Shown here: in pieces, positions 1 to 6,523 of the stretch
Position numbering within the stretch: position 1 is the stretch's first letter
How the letters are laid out: each line of letters opens with the position of its first letter
Virus record (IMG/VR): IMGVR_UViG_3300045988_096734
Coordinates: 1-40,778 of that record
Source: a virus
Reading direction: 5' to 3' (one strand)
Length of the DNA: 40,778 nt
Notes under the pieces: model-generated
What the model saw: the letters and a program-made list of their open reading frames with translations, nothing else
The model's database searches: none
Told to the model about the DNA's origin: nothing
Translations under genes and position numbers: made by a program

Positions 1-99
1 ATTTTTTTTCGATTTACATCAACATACAATCTCTTAAATGCAAATATGTCCGGATACCATCCCCAATCAACTCCTTGAACTATTCGATCAAAATGAGAA
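1..99. repeat. 99-bp terminal overlap, identical to 40680..40778 (circular-assembly wrap-around)
   Basis: Bases 1-99 (ATTTTTTTTCGATTTACATC...TCAAAATGAGAA) recur exactly at 40680-40778. The repeat runs to both window edges and lies inside the terminase reading frame. Confidence 0.9.
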
Positions 100-1208
100 A
101 TTTCTTCTTCCGTTATTTCTCTGATCTCCAAATATTCAAACACGTTGCCACCGTTGCCGTTTGCAATTCCCATGTACTCATGTTCGTATGCATCCTGGTT
201 TACCTCTTTCAGATGCTCTGCTTCGTCAATAAACGGTTGCCCCAACCATTCCGGGGGCACATCTAAGTAGGTAGAATGGTGCACGATCATGTTATCCTTG
301 GGTTCTAAGACATATTTATTCGCCCAGTTATTCGCAGTCTTGGGTGGATTGAATGACTTAAATATCCACGCTTTGTTACCGCCACGAATGGCAGACTGTG
401 TAATGTTACGGATTTCTTCGGGCCCTGCAAACTGGTCCAGTTCCTCAAACCACAGGATAGCAATATATCCAAACTCCGGGGAGATAGACTTAATCTTCTC
501 CGGCTCGTCCGCGCCACGGAAGTATATCTTCTGGCCAGTGGCTTTAAGAGTAATCTCCAGTGGTGACTTGTGTGCATCAAATTCCTCGGTGAATCCTTGC
601 TTACCAATAGCCCACTTGATCTTATTGTATACGGAATCTTTCAGAGTGTTGCCAACCTTACGGCATACCACAGCATGGACATCATGGTTGTTGCGCATCA
701 ACTCTATGATGATCTGTGCAATGTCAGAGGACTTTGTTCCACCTCGACCACCCTTAAATACATATTCCTGGTGCTTCTCGTTTCGGATGTCACGGATCAC
801 CGCATGGAAGCTGTCGGGGATCATGTCAAGGTCTAAATGGTAATGCTGATTAAGCTTTGCAATGCGTTCTGCTTCTGCCTTTGCTTCTTTGTCTTCCTGC
901 TCCTTGATAAGAGTTGAGATAGCATTAAATGCCTTGCTGTCACCTTTCATGGCGGACTGCATCTGCCCCGCCATCATGGCACTAGCAATGGTAACATCAT
1001 CGTCATCAGACAATCCGAATTGTTTTTTTATGGTATCTTTGGTCTTTCCTTGAAGCTGTGCATTTACCATCATCGTTGCAAGAGCAGACATGGTCTTTTT
1101 CTGTCTTTTTGCTTGTCCAGAAGCAATACCGCCCTTGCGTCCATTCTCCGCGGCTTTTTCTCGGCTTTGTTCGCTTGTAAATGGAGTTAGGTTCTGCTCT
1201 CGTGTCAA
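1..1208 (-). CDS. terL: Terminase large subunit (PBSX/XtmB-like), N-terminal part. Full CDS = 1208..1 joined through the wrap to 40679..40289 (532 aa)
   Basis: The minus-strand frame is open from TGA 1215-1217 to the window edge, so the ORF track misses it (no stop in the window). TTG 1208 follows a GGGTGAG RBS. My translation reads ...ENGRKGGIASGQAKRQKK...HQEYVFKGGRGGTKSSDIAQ (Walker A)...YIAILWFEELDQF (Walker B-like)...WGWYPDIFAFKRLYVDVNRKK, and continues in frame into ORF 40289..40708. Confidence 0.9.
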   Translation of the reverse strand, partial: MTREQNLTPFTSEQSREKAAENGRKGGIASGQAKRQKKTMSALATMMVNAQLQGKTKDTIKKQFGLSDDDDVTIASAMMAGQMQSAMKGDSKAFNAISTLIKEQEDKEAKAEAERIAKLNQHYHLDLDMIPDSFHAVIRDIRNEKHQEYVFKGGRGGTKSSDIAQIIIELMRNNHDVHAVVCRKVGNTLKDSVYNKIKWAIGKQGFTEEFDAHKSPLEITLKATGQKIYFRGADEPEKIKSISPEFGYIAILWFEELDQFAGPEEIRNITQSAIRGGNKAWIFKSFNPPKTANNWANKYVLEPKDNMIVHHSTYLDVPPEWLGQPFIDEAEHLKEVNQDAYEHEYMGIANGNGGNVFEYLEIREITEEEISHFDRIVQGVDWGWYPDIFAFKRLYVDVNRKK

Positions 1209-1221
1209 TGTTACTCACCCC

Positions 1222-1470
1222 TTATTTATAATACCCTGTCATTTTGAATCCGTATTTTTTCAAATACTTACGTAAGTCACTTTGCGAAAGTGTCTGTGCA
1301 TCATGGATAGCAGATGGAGAATATCCCTCAATAAATCTAACAGTTCCGCTTTGCGAATCATTTCGCAATATAAAAACGTTTGAATACTCGTTTTCATATC
1401 TTTGACCGGAAAGAAATGTTCCTGCACTGGCACCCCTACCACCAAAGAATTGCAAATTATACTTATACAT
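1222..1470 (-). CDS. Small protein with an N-terminal NLQFF (L27/Prp-type cleavage) motif followed by GGRGASAG. Function unknown, possibly virion-associated
   Basis: The internal ATG at 1470 of track ORF 1222..1506 gives MYKYNLQFFGGRGASAGTFLSGQRYENEY... (82 aa). The gene lies directly upstream of terL. Confidence 0.7.
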   Translation of the reverse strand: MYKYNLQFFGGRGASAGTFLSGQRYENEYSNVFILRNDSQSGTVRFIEGYSPSAIHDAQTLSQSDLRKYLKKYGFKMTGYYK

Positions 1471-1471
1471 A

Positions 1472-1867
1472 TTATTTTTTCCTTTTCTTTTTATACATAA
1501 ATTCAAGATTTTTACCAGTCCAATCTATTTCTTTTGCTGATACTACTTTTTTTACAACCTTAAATCCCTTTTTTGGTGTGCCAAATGCGGTTTTTGTCCA
1601 TTTTTCTGCTTTTTGTGGATTTATAAAAACCCAGCCTCCATTATTTATTTGATTTCCAGGTGTAGCTCTATATATTGTTATCTTGGAATCCGGGTTGTTC
1701 ATTGCTTTTTCTATTACATCTAAATCATAACTGTCTTTCCGGCTGTTATCAGATAATTTACTGACTTCGGAATACATTCTATCAAGAGTTATTCCTGTTC
1801 CTGATGCTTTTGCATAACCTTTATTCCCTTGATATGATAAATCAGCAGACGCACCTCTACCGCCCAT
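1472..1867 (-). CDS. Hypothetical protein starting MGGRGASAD..., lysine-rich C-terminus
   Basis: 131-aa ORF with RBS AAAGGA 6 nt upstream of the ATG. The start overlaps the ParB-like stop in another frame. The N-terminus matches the post-NLQFF sequence of the next gene. Confidence 0.75.
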   Translation of the reverse strand: MGGRGASADLSYQGNKGYAKASGTGITLDRMYSEVSKLSDNSRKDSYDLDVIEKAMNNPDSKITIYRATPGNQINNGGWVFINPQKAEKWTKTAFGTPKKGFKVVKKVVSAKEIDWTGKNLEFMYKKKRKK

Positions 1868-2891
1868 TGCTTATCCTTTCCGCATTGTGGTTCTTAATAT
1901 AGACCACCTTGCAATTTCCAAAATCATATCCTATATCACCGCCATACACAACTACTGCTGACGGTTTCAAACGCTCCATAGCAGTATCCATGCCGGCTAC
2001 CCATATCTTGCTTGCTTCCTCGTCACGCTTTACCCCGATAGTGGATACAGACACTGTACCACCAGGCTCTATTCCGTCAAAAGCAAAGTCAAAGGAGTTT
2101 TCCCCGCACCATTGCAGTGTAGGTATCACGTTCATGCCGTAGTCCTGCATAATCTGCCCTATCAGCTTACTGCGGTATACGTTCCATATCTGCATGGGCA
2201 GTGGCATTTCAGTGTAAAGTGAAAAATCTGGTGTCAGAACGCAATCAAACTGTTTCAGAATATCCATGTAATCATGTGGGGCATTCCATATCCGCTCAAA
2301 CTGGTAATCATCAATGTAGAAATGAATACCTTTGCTGAACTCCTGCGATGTCTTTGCATAGTTGAAACTGATTAGGTCAGTAGGGATGTGCTTACACTTC
2401 TTAAGCACCGGCATTTGCCAGTACTCCGTCAGTCTTCCACCATCCACATCGTACAAATTGTACGCTTCAAACGTGCGCTCACGCTCTGCACCGTAATACT
2501 CAGGCTCTTCCGGCTCTTCTTCCAGATTAGGAACATCAAATCCGAAATCTGTCATGTCAATGTCGATAATATCCGCAAGTTCTTCGTGTAGTAAGTCCAT
2601 ATCCCACTCGGAATCCTCACTTACCTTGTTATCTGCCAGCCGGTATGCTTTTATCTGTTCATCCGTTAAATCATCAGCCACCACACACGGAACAGATGTA
2701 AGGTGTAACTTCTGTGCTGCCTTGTACCGGGTATGCCCGCAAACGATGACATTGTCCTTGTCTATTACCACCGGCACACGGAATCCAAACTGGTCAATGC
2801 TCTGCGCAACTTTATCCACGGATTTATCATTCTTCCGTGGGTTCTTCTCGTATGGTTTTAATTCATCAATACTTTTTTCAATAATTTGCAT
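1857..2891 (-). CDS. ParB-like nuclease (ParB/Srx) N-terminal domain fused to a DUF4417-like C-terminal domain
   Basis: ATG 2891 follows a GGAGGTG RBS (the track start at 2921 is probably too far upstream). The N-terminus MQIIEKSIDELKPYEKNPRKN...VCGHTRYKAA fits ParB. The C-terminal part contains FYIDDYQFERIWN...LTPDFSLY...IPT. Confidence 0.8.
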   Translation of the reverse strand: MQIIEKSIDELKPYEKNPRKNDKSVDKVAQSIDQFGFRVPVVIDKDNVIVCGHTRYKAAQKLHLTSVPCVVADDLTDEQIKAYRLADNKVSEDSEWDMDLLHEELADIIDIDMTDFGFDVPNLEEEPEEPEYYGAERERTFEAYNLYDVDGGRLTEYWQMPVLKKCKHIPTDLISFNYAKTSQEFSKGIHFYIDDYQFERIWNAPHDYMDILKQFDCVLTPDFSLYTEMPLPMQIWNVYRSKLIGQIMQDYGMNVIPTLQWCGENSFDFAFDGIEPGGTVSVSTIGVKRDEEASKIWVAGMDTAMERLKPSAVVVYGGDIGYDFGNCKVVYIKNHNAERISNGR

Positions 2892-3090
2892 AGGCACCTC
2901 CGAGATAAATCTATTATACAATAATTATATAACATACGTTATTAGTTTTCAACAACAACCGTTATTTTTCACTTGACAGCACATATTTAAAATAATAGTC
3001 GGAAGTCGCGCTGAAAACCTTTTGACATCATCCGACAAAAAGACCTATGATTTTATTGCAGCAGATAACCGACCACCAAAGGAGAAATAT

Positions 3091-3267
3091 ATGGACAAAC
3101 AGAAGTTACTGGAGTATGCGCAGTATGGATGCGCTCAGAAAATGAATGACTATCGAATTCTAGCAGAAAAGGCAGGGTCCGCAATAAAAGCCGACACGGC
3201 TTACACGCTCTATCAGCAAGCGCAGGAGGACTGCCAGGAGATCAACAGAATGATTGCAGAAAAATAG
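3091..3267 (+). CDS. Hypothetical small protein (58 aa)
   Basis: AAGGAG RBS 6 nt before ATG 3091, inside track ORF 3022..3267. A hairpin follows the stop. The strand is opposite to the flanking operon. Confidence 0.65.
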   Translation: MDKQKLLEYAQYGCAQKMNDYRILAEKAGSAIKADTAYTLYQQAQEDCQEINRMIAEK

Positions 3268-3286
3268 AGAGAGCGTTATGCTCTCC
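3266..3286. terminator. Hairpin between convergent small genes
   Basis: GAGAGC-GTTAT-GCTCTC stem-loop lies directly after the stop of 3091..3267 and next to the stop of minus ORF 3287..3460. Confidence 0.45.
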
Positions 3287-3460
3287 CTATTTGCATATAC
3301 TATTTGCAAGCCTATTGAATACTTTGCAAGATACGTTCGGTGATGTTTCTGCCAGTACGCGGCATCTTCTTCCTACCCAGTCAGACCACGATATGGATTC
3401 ATCGAATTCATGCTGTAATTTGCGGTATGTCTGTAAAATCTCCTTATTTGCTTTCGTCAT
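3287..3460 (-). CDS. Hypothetical small protein (57 aa, below the ORF-track threshold)
   Basis: My translation from ATG 3460 reads MTKANKEILQTYRKLQHEFDESISWSDWVGRRCRVLAETSPNVSCKVFNRLANSICK, with stop TAG at 3287-3289. The upstream GAGGA is a weak RBS. Confidence 0.45.
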   Translation of the reverse strand: MTKANKEILQTYRKLQHEFDESISWSDWVGRRCRVLAETSPNVSCKVFNRLANSICK

Positions 3461-3507
3461 TTTTTCCTCGCTTTCTGCCGGGGAAACCGCCCCGGCTCGG
3501 TTGGTCT

Positions 3508-3708
3508 TTATTGCAAATACAAAATAGGTAATTGCTCATTATTGTATTTGTATGCTATCTTTTTTATATCATTATTTCCAAAATAACTATTTGCTTCAAA
3601 AATATTGCATAAATAACTTTTTTTACTATCTTTAATTGTGTATGCTATTTTATTTGTATTGCTTTTCAAATAATCTTTAACTTTCATATCTTTTACCCAT
3701 CCTTTCAA
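3508..3708 (-). CDS. Hypothetical small protein in a markedly AT-rich patch
   Basis: 66-aa track ORF with a TTG start. The internal ATG at 3687 (MKVKDYLKSNTNK...) may be the real start. Base composition is clearly more AT-rich than the neighbours. Confidence 0.5.
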   Translation of the reverse strand: MKGWVKDMKVKDYLKSNTNKIAYTIKDSKKSYLCNIFEANSYFGNNDIKKIAYKYNNEQLPILYLQ

Positions 3709-3747
3709 GTGGTTGTTTGCTGTTCCTTATGATGCTATTATATAACT

Positions 3748-3821
3748 ATGTTCCCATAGTTTCAATTGTCAAATTATACAAATATGTTCCCATATTTTTG
3801 TGCATTTTATATGTTCCCATA
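3748..3821 (+). promoter_or_regulatory. Three direct copies of ATGTTCCCATA (putative operators) upstream of the RHH gene
   Basis: Copies at 3748-3758, 3784-3794 and 3811-3821. Each contains the half-palindrome TATG-N4-CATA. TGCTATTAT (extended -10-like) lies just downstream, before the AAAGGAG RBS. Confidence 0.6.
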
Positions 3822-3865
3822 GCAATAGGAATGTGCTATTATACTCATTGAAAGGAGTTGATGAC

Positions 3866-4036
3866 ATGGCAGTATCACAAAAACAACTTGGATATGCGAA
3901 AAAATATCTGTCAACACTGGACGAAATCAGGATTCGTATTCCGAAAGGAAAGAAAGAGGAGTACAGATCCGCTGCGGAAGCATCCGGTAAGAGTTTGAAT
4001 CAATTTATCATTGATTGCATCGAATCAAATTTGTAA
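3866..4036 (+). CDS. Ribbon-helix-helix (Arc/CopG-like) DNA-binding protein
   Basis: ATG 3866 follows an AAAGGAG RBS. The 56-aa product MAVSQKQLGYAKKYLSTLDEIRIRIPKGKKEEYRSAAEASGKSLNQFIIDCIESNL has the beta-strand/helix pattern typical of RHH proteins. Confidence 0.65.
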   Translation: MAVSQKQLGYAKKYLSTLDEIRIRIPKGKKEEYRSAAEASGKSLNQFIIDCIESNL

Positions 4037-4051
4037 AAGGAGAAAACCGAT

Positions 4052-4285
4052 ATGAAAAAATACACTGAAATGACAAGAAAAGAGATTGCGGACATTGTAA
4101 ATAGGGGAGGATCTGATCGTGTGAAGCTTAACGAAGAAGTAGTTGATTATTTGGACAGCTTGAATCTGTCATCCAGGGCAATGGATGTAATAAGCGGCAC
4201 AGATATCAATGTAATGGCTGAGGTTTTTTGTGGACTGATGACCGCTGAAGAAGTTGAGAATTACATTGAAGAGTATTTTTCATAA
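4052..4285 (+). CDS. Hypothetical small acidic protein (77 aa)
   Basis: GGAG RBS before the ATG. I count 16 D/E versus 8 K/R. It is co-oriented with and 15 nt downstream of the RHH gene, and a perfect 9-bp hairpin follows it. Confidence 0.7.
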   Translation: MKKYTEMTRKEIADIVNRGGSDRVKLNEEVVDYLDSLNLSSRAMDVISGTDINVMAEVFCGLMTAEEVENYIEEYFS

Positions 4286-4294
4286 TAAACAACA

Positions 4295-4318
4295 AGAGAG
4301 AGGATAAAACCTCTCTCT
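4295..4318. terminator. Bidirectional terminator hairpin
   Basis: AGAGAGAGG-ATAAAA-CCTCTCTCT (perfect 9-bp stem) lies between the convergent genes 4052..4285 (+) and 4323..4595 (-). A T-rich tract follows on the minus strand. Confidence 0.7.
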
Positions 4319-4322
4319 AATT

Positions 4323-4595
4323 CTATCTTATGCAAAAATCTTCTTTTATTCGTCTGCACAATTGATTTGCATACGATTTCGGATCTACCAAAGATTCTGC
4401 AATTACTTTGCTAACATAATATTTTGCGCCATAGTTCGTGCTAACACTTTTGATATAGACCACATAAATACCGCTATCATCATTGTCAAAAGAACAAGTG
4501 CATTGCATTTTCATAAATATATTCTTGTTTACATCCATGCAAAGGTTATTGACTTCGTCTTTTATAATTTCCCATGCATCAATTGCTTTTATCAA
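4323..4595 (-). CDS. Hypothetical protein
   Basis: 90-aa ORF, co-oriented with the early operon. No motif recognised. Confidence 0.6.
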   Translation of the reverse strand: MIKAIDAWEIIKDEVNNLCMDVNKNIFMKMQCTCSFDNDDSGIYVVYIKSVSTNYGAKYYVSKVIAESLVDPKSYANQLCRRIKEDFCIR

Positions 4596-4620
4596 TATCT
4601 TTCCTTCACAAAATTTCAGT

Positions 4621-4890
4621 TTACCAAAGCATTAAGTCCTGCTTATCGTCAAAAGAATAATCGGTTATCTCATGTGCAACTCCGTCTTCGTCTACAAAGT
4701 ATATCTCCGAATTGTCGTTGCTTTCTTTTAATTCCCCATCTTCTATTAAACCTTTCAAAAACATATAAAGTGCATATGCACCTACAGGATTCTCCATAGT
4801 TCTTTCCTCCAATTCTTCCGGACTGTATTTTCGATAGCTGATTCCGTAATTTGTAAATCCACCGGACTGATATGTTATAAGTCGTGACAT
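4621..4890 (-). CDS. Hypothetical protein
   Basis: 89-aa ORF in the operon. No motif recognised. Confidence 0.6.
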   Translation of the reverse strand: MSRLITYQSGGFTNYGISYRKYSPEELEERTMENPVGAYALYMFLKGLIEDGELKESNDNSEIYFVDEDGVAHEITDYSFDDKQDLMLW

Positions 4891-4908
4891 TTTATACCAT
4901 CTTTCAGT

Positions 4909-5214
4909 TTAATCAAATCTCTTATCGTATTTTTCATCTTCTACAAGGTCAACATCTGTATAATTATCAAGGCATTTCTCATAATGCCCCTCTTGCTTAG
5001 TAATTCCTGAATATGTTTCATACGGATTAGGAAGATTATGTTTTTTACAACATTCATAGCAGATTACAAAACTTCTAGTTTTTTCTCTATTTCCATACGG
5101 TTCATTATCTGTATGATACCTTGCAAAATTTTGAAAAGGTGTCATAGACAGTAGCGTTGCTGTTCTATCGCAATCCTTACCACAAAAATCACATATAGCG
5201 TGTATCATGCTCAT
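4909..5214 (-). CDS. Hypothetical Cys-rich (zinc-binding-like) protein
   Basis: 101 aa, with CDFCGKDC ... CYECC cysteine pairs. Confidence 0.65.
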   Translation of the reverse strand: MSMIHAICDFCGKDCDRTATLLSMTPFQNFARYHTDNEPYGNREKTRSFVICYECCKKHNLPNPYETYSGITKQEGHYEKCLDNYTDVDLVEDEKYDKRFD

Positions 5215-5250
5215 TACCTCTCTTTCTCTACTAAATCCTAAGTTACATAC

Positions 5251-5628
5251 TTAATTTCTTACCTTATCCAAGTACTCCTTGCATTTCCAATACACTTCCG
5301 GATCAAATTCTTTCCGCTCATGCTCATATGCGCTGTAATCTGCCGAACTGCATCCGGCAATCTGCGCCATCTTAAACATGGAAACTTTCGCATCTCTTCT
5401 GAGTGCTGCAATATAGCCTGCGTACATATCCTTGTCACCGTTAGCAAGTTGTATTTTCGCTCTTTCCTGAATGTCTTTCGATGCAGACACTTCCATTATT
5501 TGCTTTATTGTGCATTCCTCGTTGTGGCAATCATAAAGGCAACCGCGGATTCCATTCTTGCCATCGAAAAAGCCAACCCCATATTTCGTTGGTTCCTTGC
5601 AATCATTACATTTTGCATTTATAACCAT
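5251..5628 (-). CDS. Hypothetical protein with an N-terminal Cys cluster and a possible C-terminal HTH
   Basis: 125 aa, with an AAGGAG RBS. Contains CNDCKEP...CLYDCHNEEC and then VSMFKMAQIAGCSSADYSAYEHERK (XRE-like helix pattern). Confidence 0.7.
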   Translation of the reverse strand: MVINAKCNDCKEPTKYGVGFFDGKNGIRGCLYDCHNEECTIKQIMEVSASKDIQERAKIQLANGDKDMYAGYIAALRRDAKVSMFKMAQIAGCSSADYSAYEHERKEFDPEVYWKCKEYLDKVRN

Positions 5629-5682
5629 CTCACTTCATCTCCTTCTTATTTCCCCCGTATTACCGGTGGATTTTAACTTGCT

Positions 5683-5777
5683 TTTGAGTTATTGAGTGGA
5701 ACTCAAATAGAAACTCAAATTTTTAATTAAATTTTTCACTTTTTAACTCAAATTTTGAGTTACTATTTCACTTTTTA
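5683..5777. repeat. Array of the 8-mer AACTCAAA/TTTGAGTT (6 copies, both orientations) plus a 12-bp direct repeat TTTCACTTTTTA x2
   Basis: TTTGAGTT at 5683 and 5754, TTGAGT at 5692, AACTCAAA at 5700, 5712 and 5745. TTTCACTTTTTA at 5734-5745 and 5766-5777. The region is non-coding. Confidence 0.8.
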
Positions 5778-5849
5778 GTTCCTGATTTCACTTCCTACGC
5801 TTGCGCCGCCACCACCGGCAAAGCAGTCAATGATAATGTTATTTTTCAT
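5775..5849 (-). pseudogene. Remnant of a C5-cytosine DNA methyltransferase (motif I only, 24 codons)
   Basis: The ATG at 5849 overlaps the upstream stop (ATGA). The product is MKNNIIIDCFAGGGGASVGSEIRN then TAA. DxFAGGGGxSxG is the AdoMet-binding motif I of Dcm-type enzymes. No downstream motifs (PC, ENV, QRR) follow. Confidence 0.6.
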
Positions 5850-6523
5850 GGCATCACCTCCGGCATAAAATCAGATAATCGAATTTGTGCCATTTCTGCA
5901 TCTAATCTTTTTTTGGACAAATCATAATAGTGCTTGTCCAGTTCAAAGCCAACATATGGATGGTTGGTTCTGTAGCAGGCTATCAAGCTGCTGGCACTTC
6001 CTACATGAGTGTCCAAGATAATGTCTCCGGGCTTTGCATAGCGGTTCAGAAGCCATTCATATAGTGCCACTGGCTTTTGTGTAGGGTGGATACGGTTTTC
6101 TTTGTGTTTCATATTTTGCTGAAGCATTCCGTTCCACCTATATTTAATCTTCCTTACTGCAGTACTGAACGAAGTCCATGCAAGTTCACAATCAGCAAAA
6201 TCATTATTTCCATTATCTTTATCCCAAACAATCCAACAACTACTATCAAACGGCATTTTGCTTATAAAATGATTTGCCCCCCAAATAATCTGATTTTTTG
6301 ACACTCTAAACAGTTCATCGAAATATTTTTCGTTTGGTGGCTTTATATCCATTCCGCTAAAACTCTTGTAATCCTTTGCTTTTGCCAGGCTACCTCTTGT
6401 ATGGTTTTTATCCCCATTTTCTCCAATACCATACGGTGGATCCACAATCGCAAGGTCAAAGTAACCATCCGGGAACTCTTTCATCCCATCCATGCAATCC
6501 ATGTTGTAATATCCAAAATCCAT
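5846..6523 (-). CDS. DNA methyltransferase, N6-adenine/N4-cytosine type (DPPY)
   Basis: 225 aa. DLAIVDPPYGIG (motif IV) lies near the N-terminus and DTHVGSASS (motif I-like) near the C-terminus, which is the beta-class order. Confidence 0.85.
   Translation of the reverse strand: MDFGYYNMDCMDGMKEFPDGYFDLAIVDPPYGIGENGDKNHTRGSLAKAKDYKSFSGMDIKPPNEKYFDELFRVSKNQIIWGANHFISKMPFDSSCWIVWDKDNGNNDFADCELAWTSFSTAVRKIKYRWNGMLQQNMKHKENRIHPTQKPVALYEWLLNRYAKPGDIILDTHVGSASSLIACYRTNHPYVGFELDKHYYDLSKKRLDAEMAQIRLSDFMPEVMP

Noticed and set aside
1-99. The terminal 99-bp repeat as a biological direct terminal repeat or LTR-like element
   Set aside because: It lies within a single continuous terminase ORF and extends exactly to both window edges. 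This is the signature of a circular contig overlap.
289-843. 184-aa plus-strand ORF (plus 570..836, 862..1053 and 1090..1275) at the left end
   Set aside because: These are shadow ORFs antisense to the terminase reading frame. The terminase frame gives a continuous, motif-bearing translation (Walker A/B), while these products are low-complexity and lack an RBS.
3866-4285. The RHH protein plus downstream small protein as a type II toxin-antitoxin pair
   Set aside because: The downstream 77-aa protein is strongly acidic and shows no RelE/ParE/MazF-like features. The gene order alone is insufficient, so it is kept only as an accessory or anti-defence candidate.
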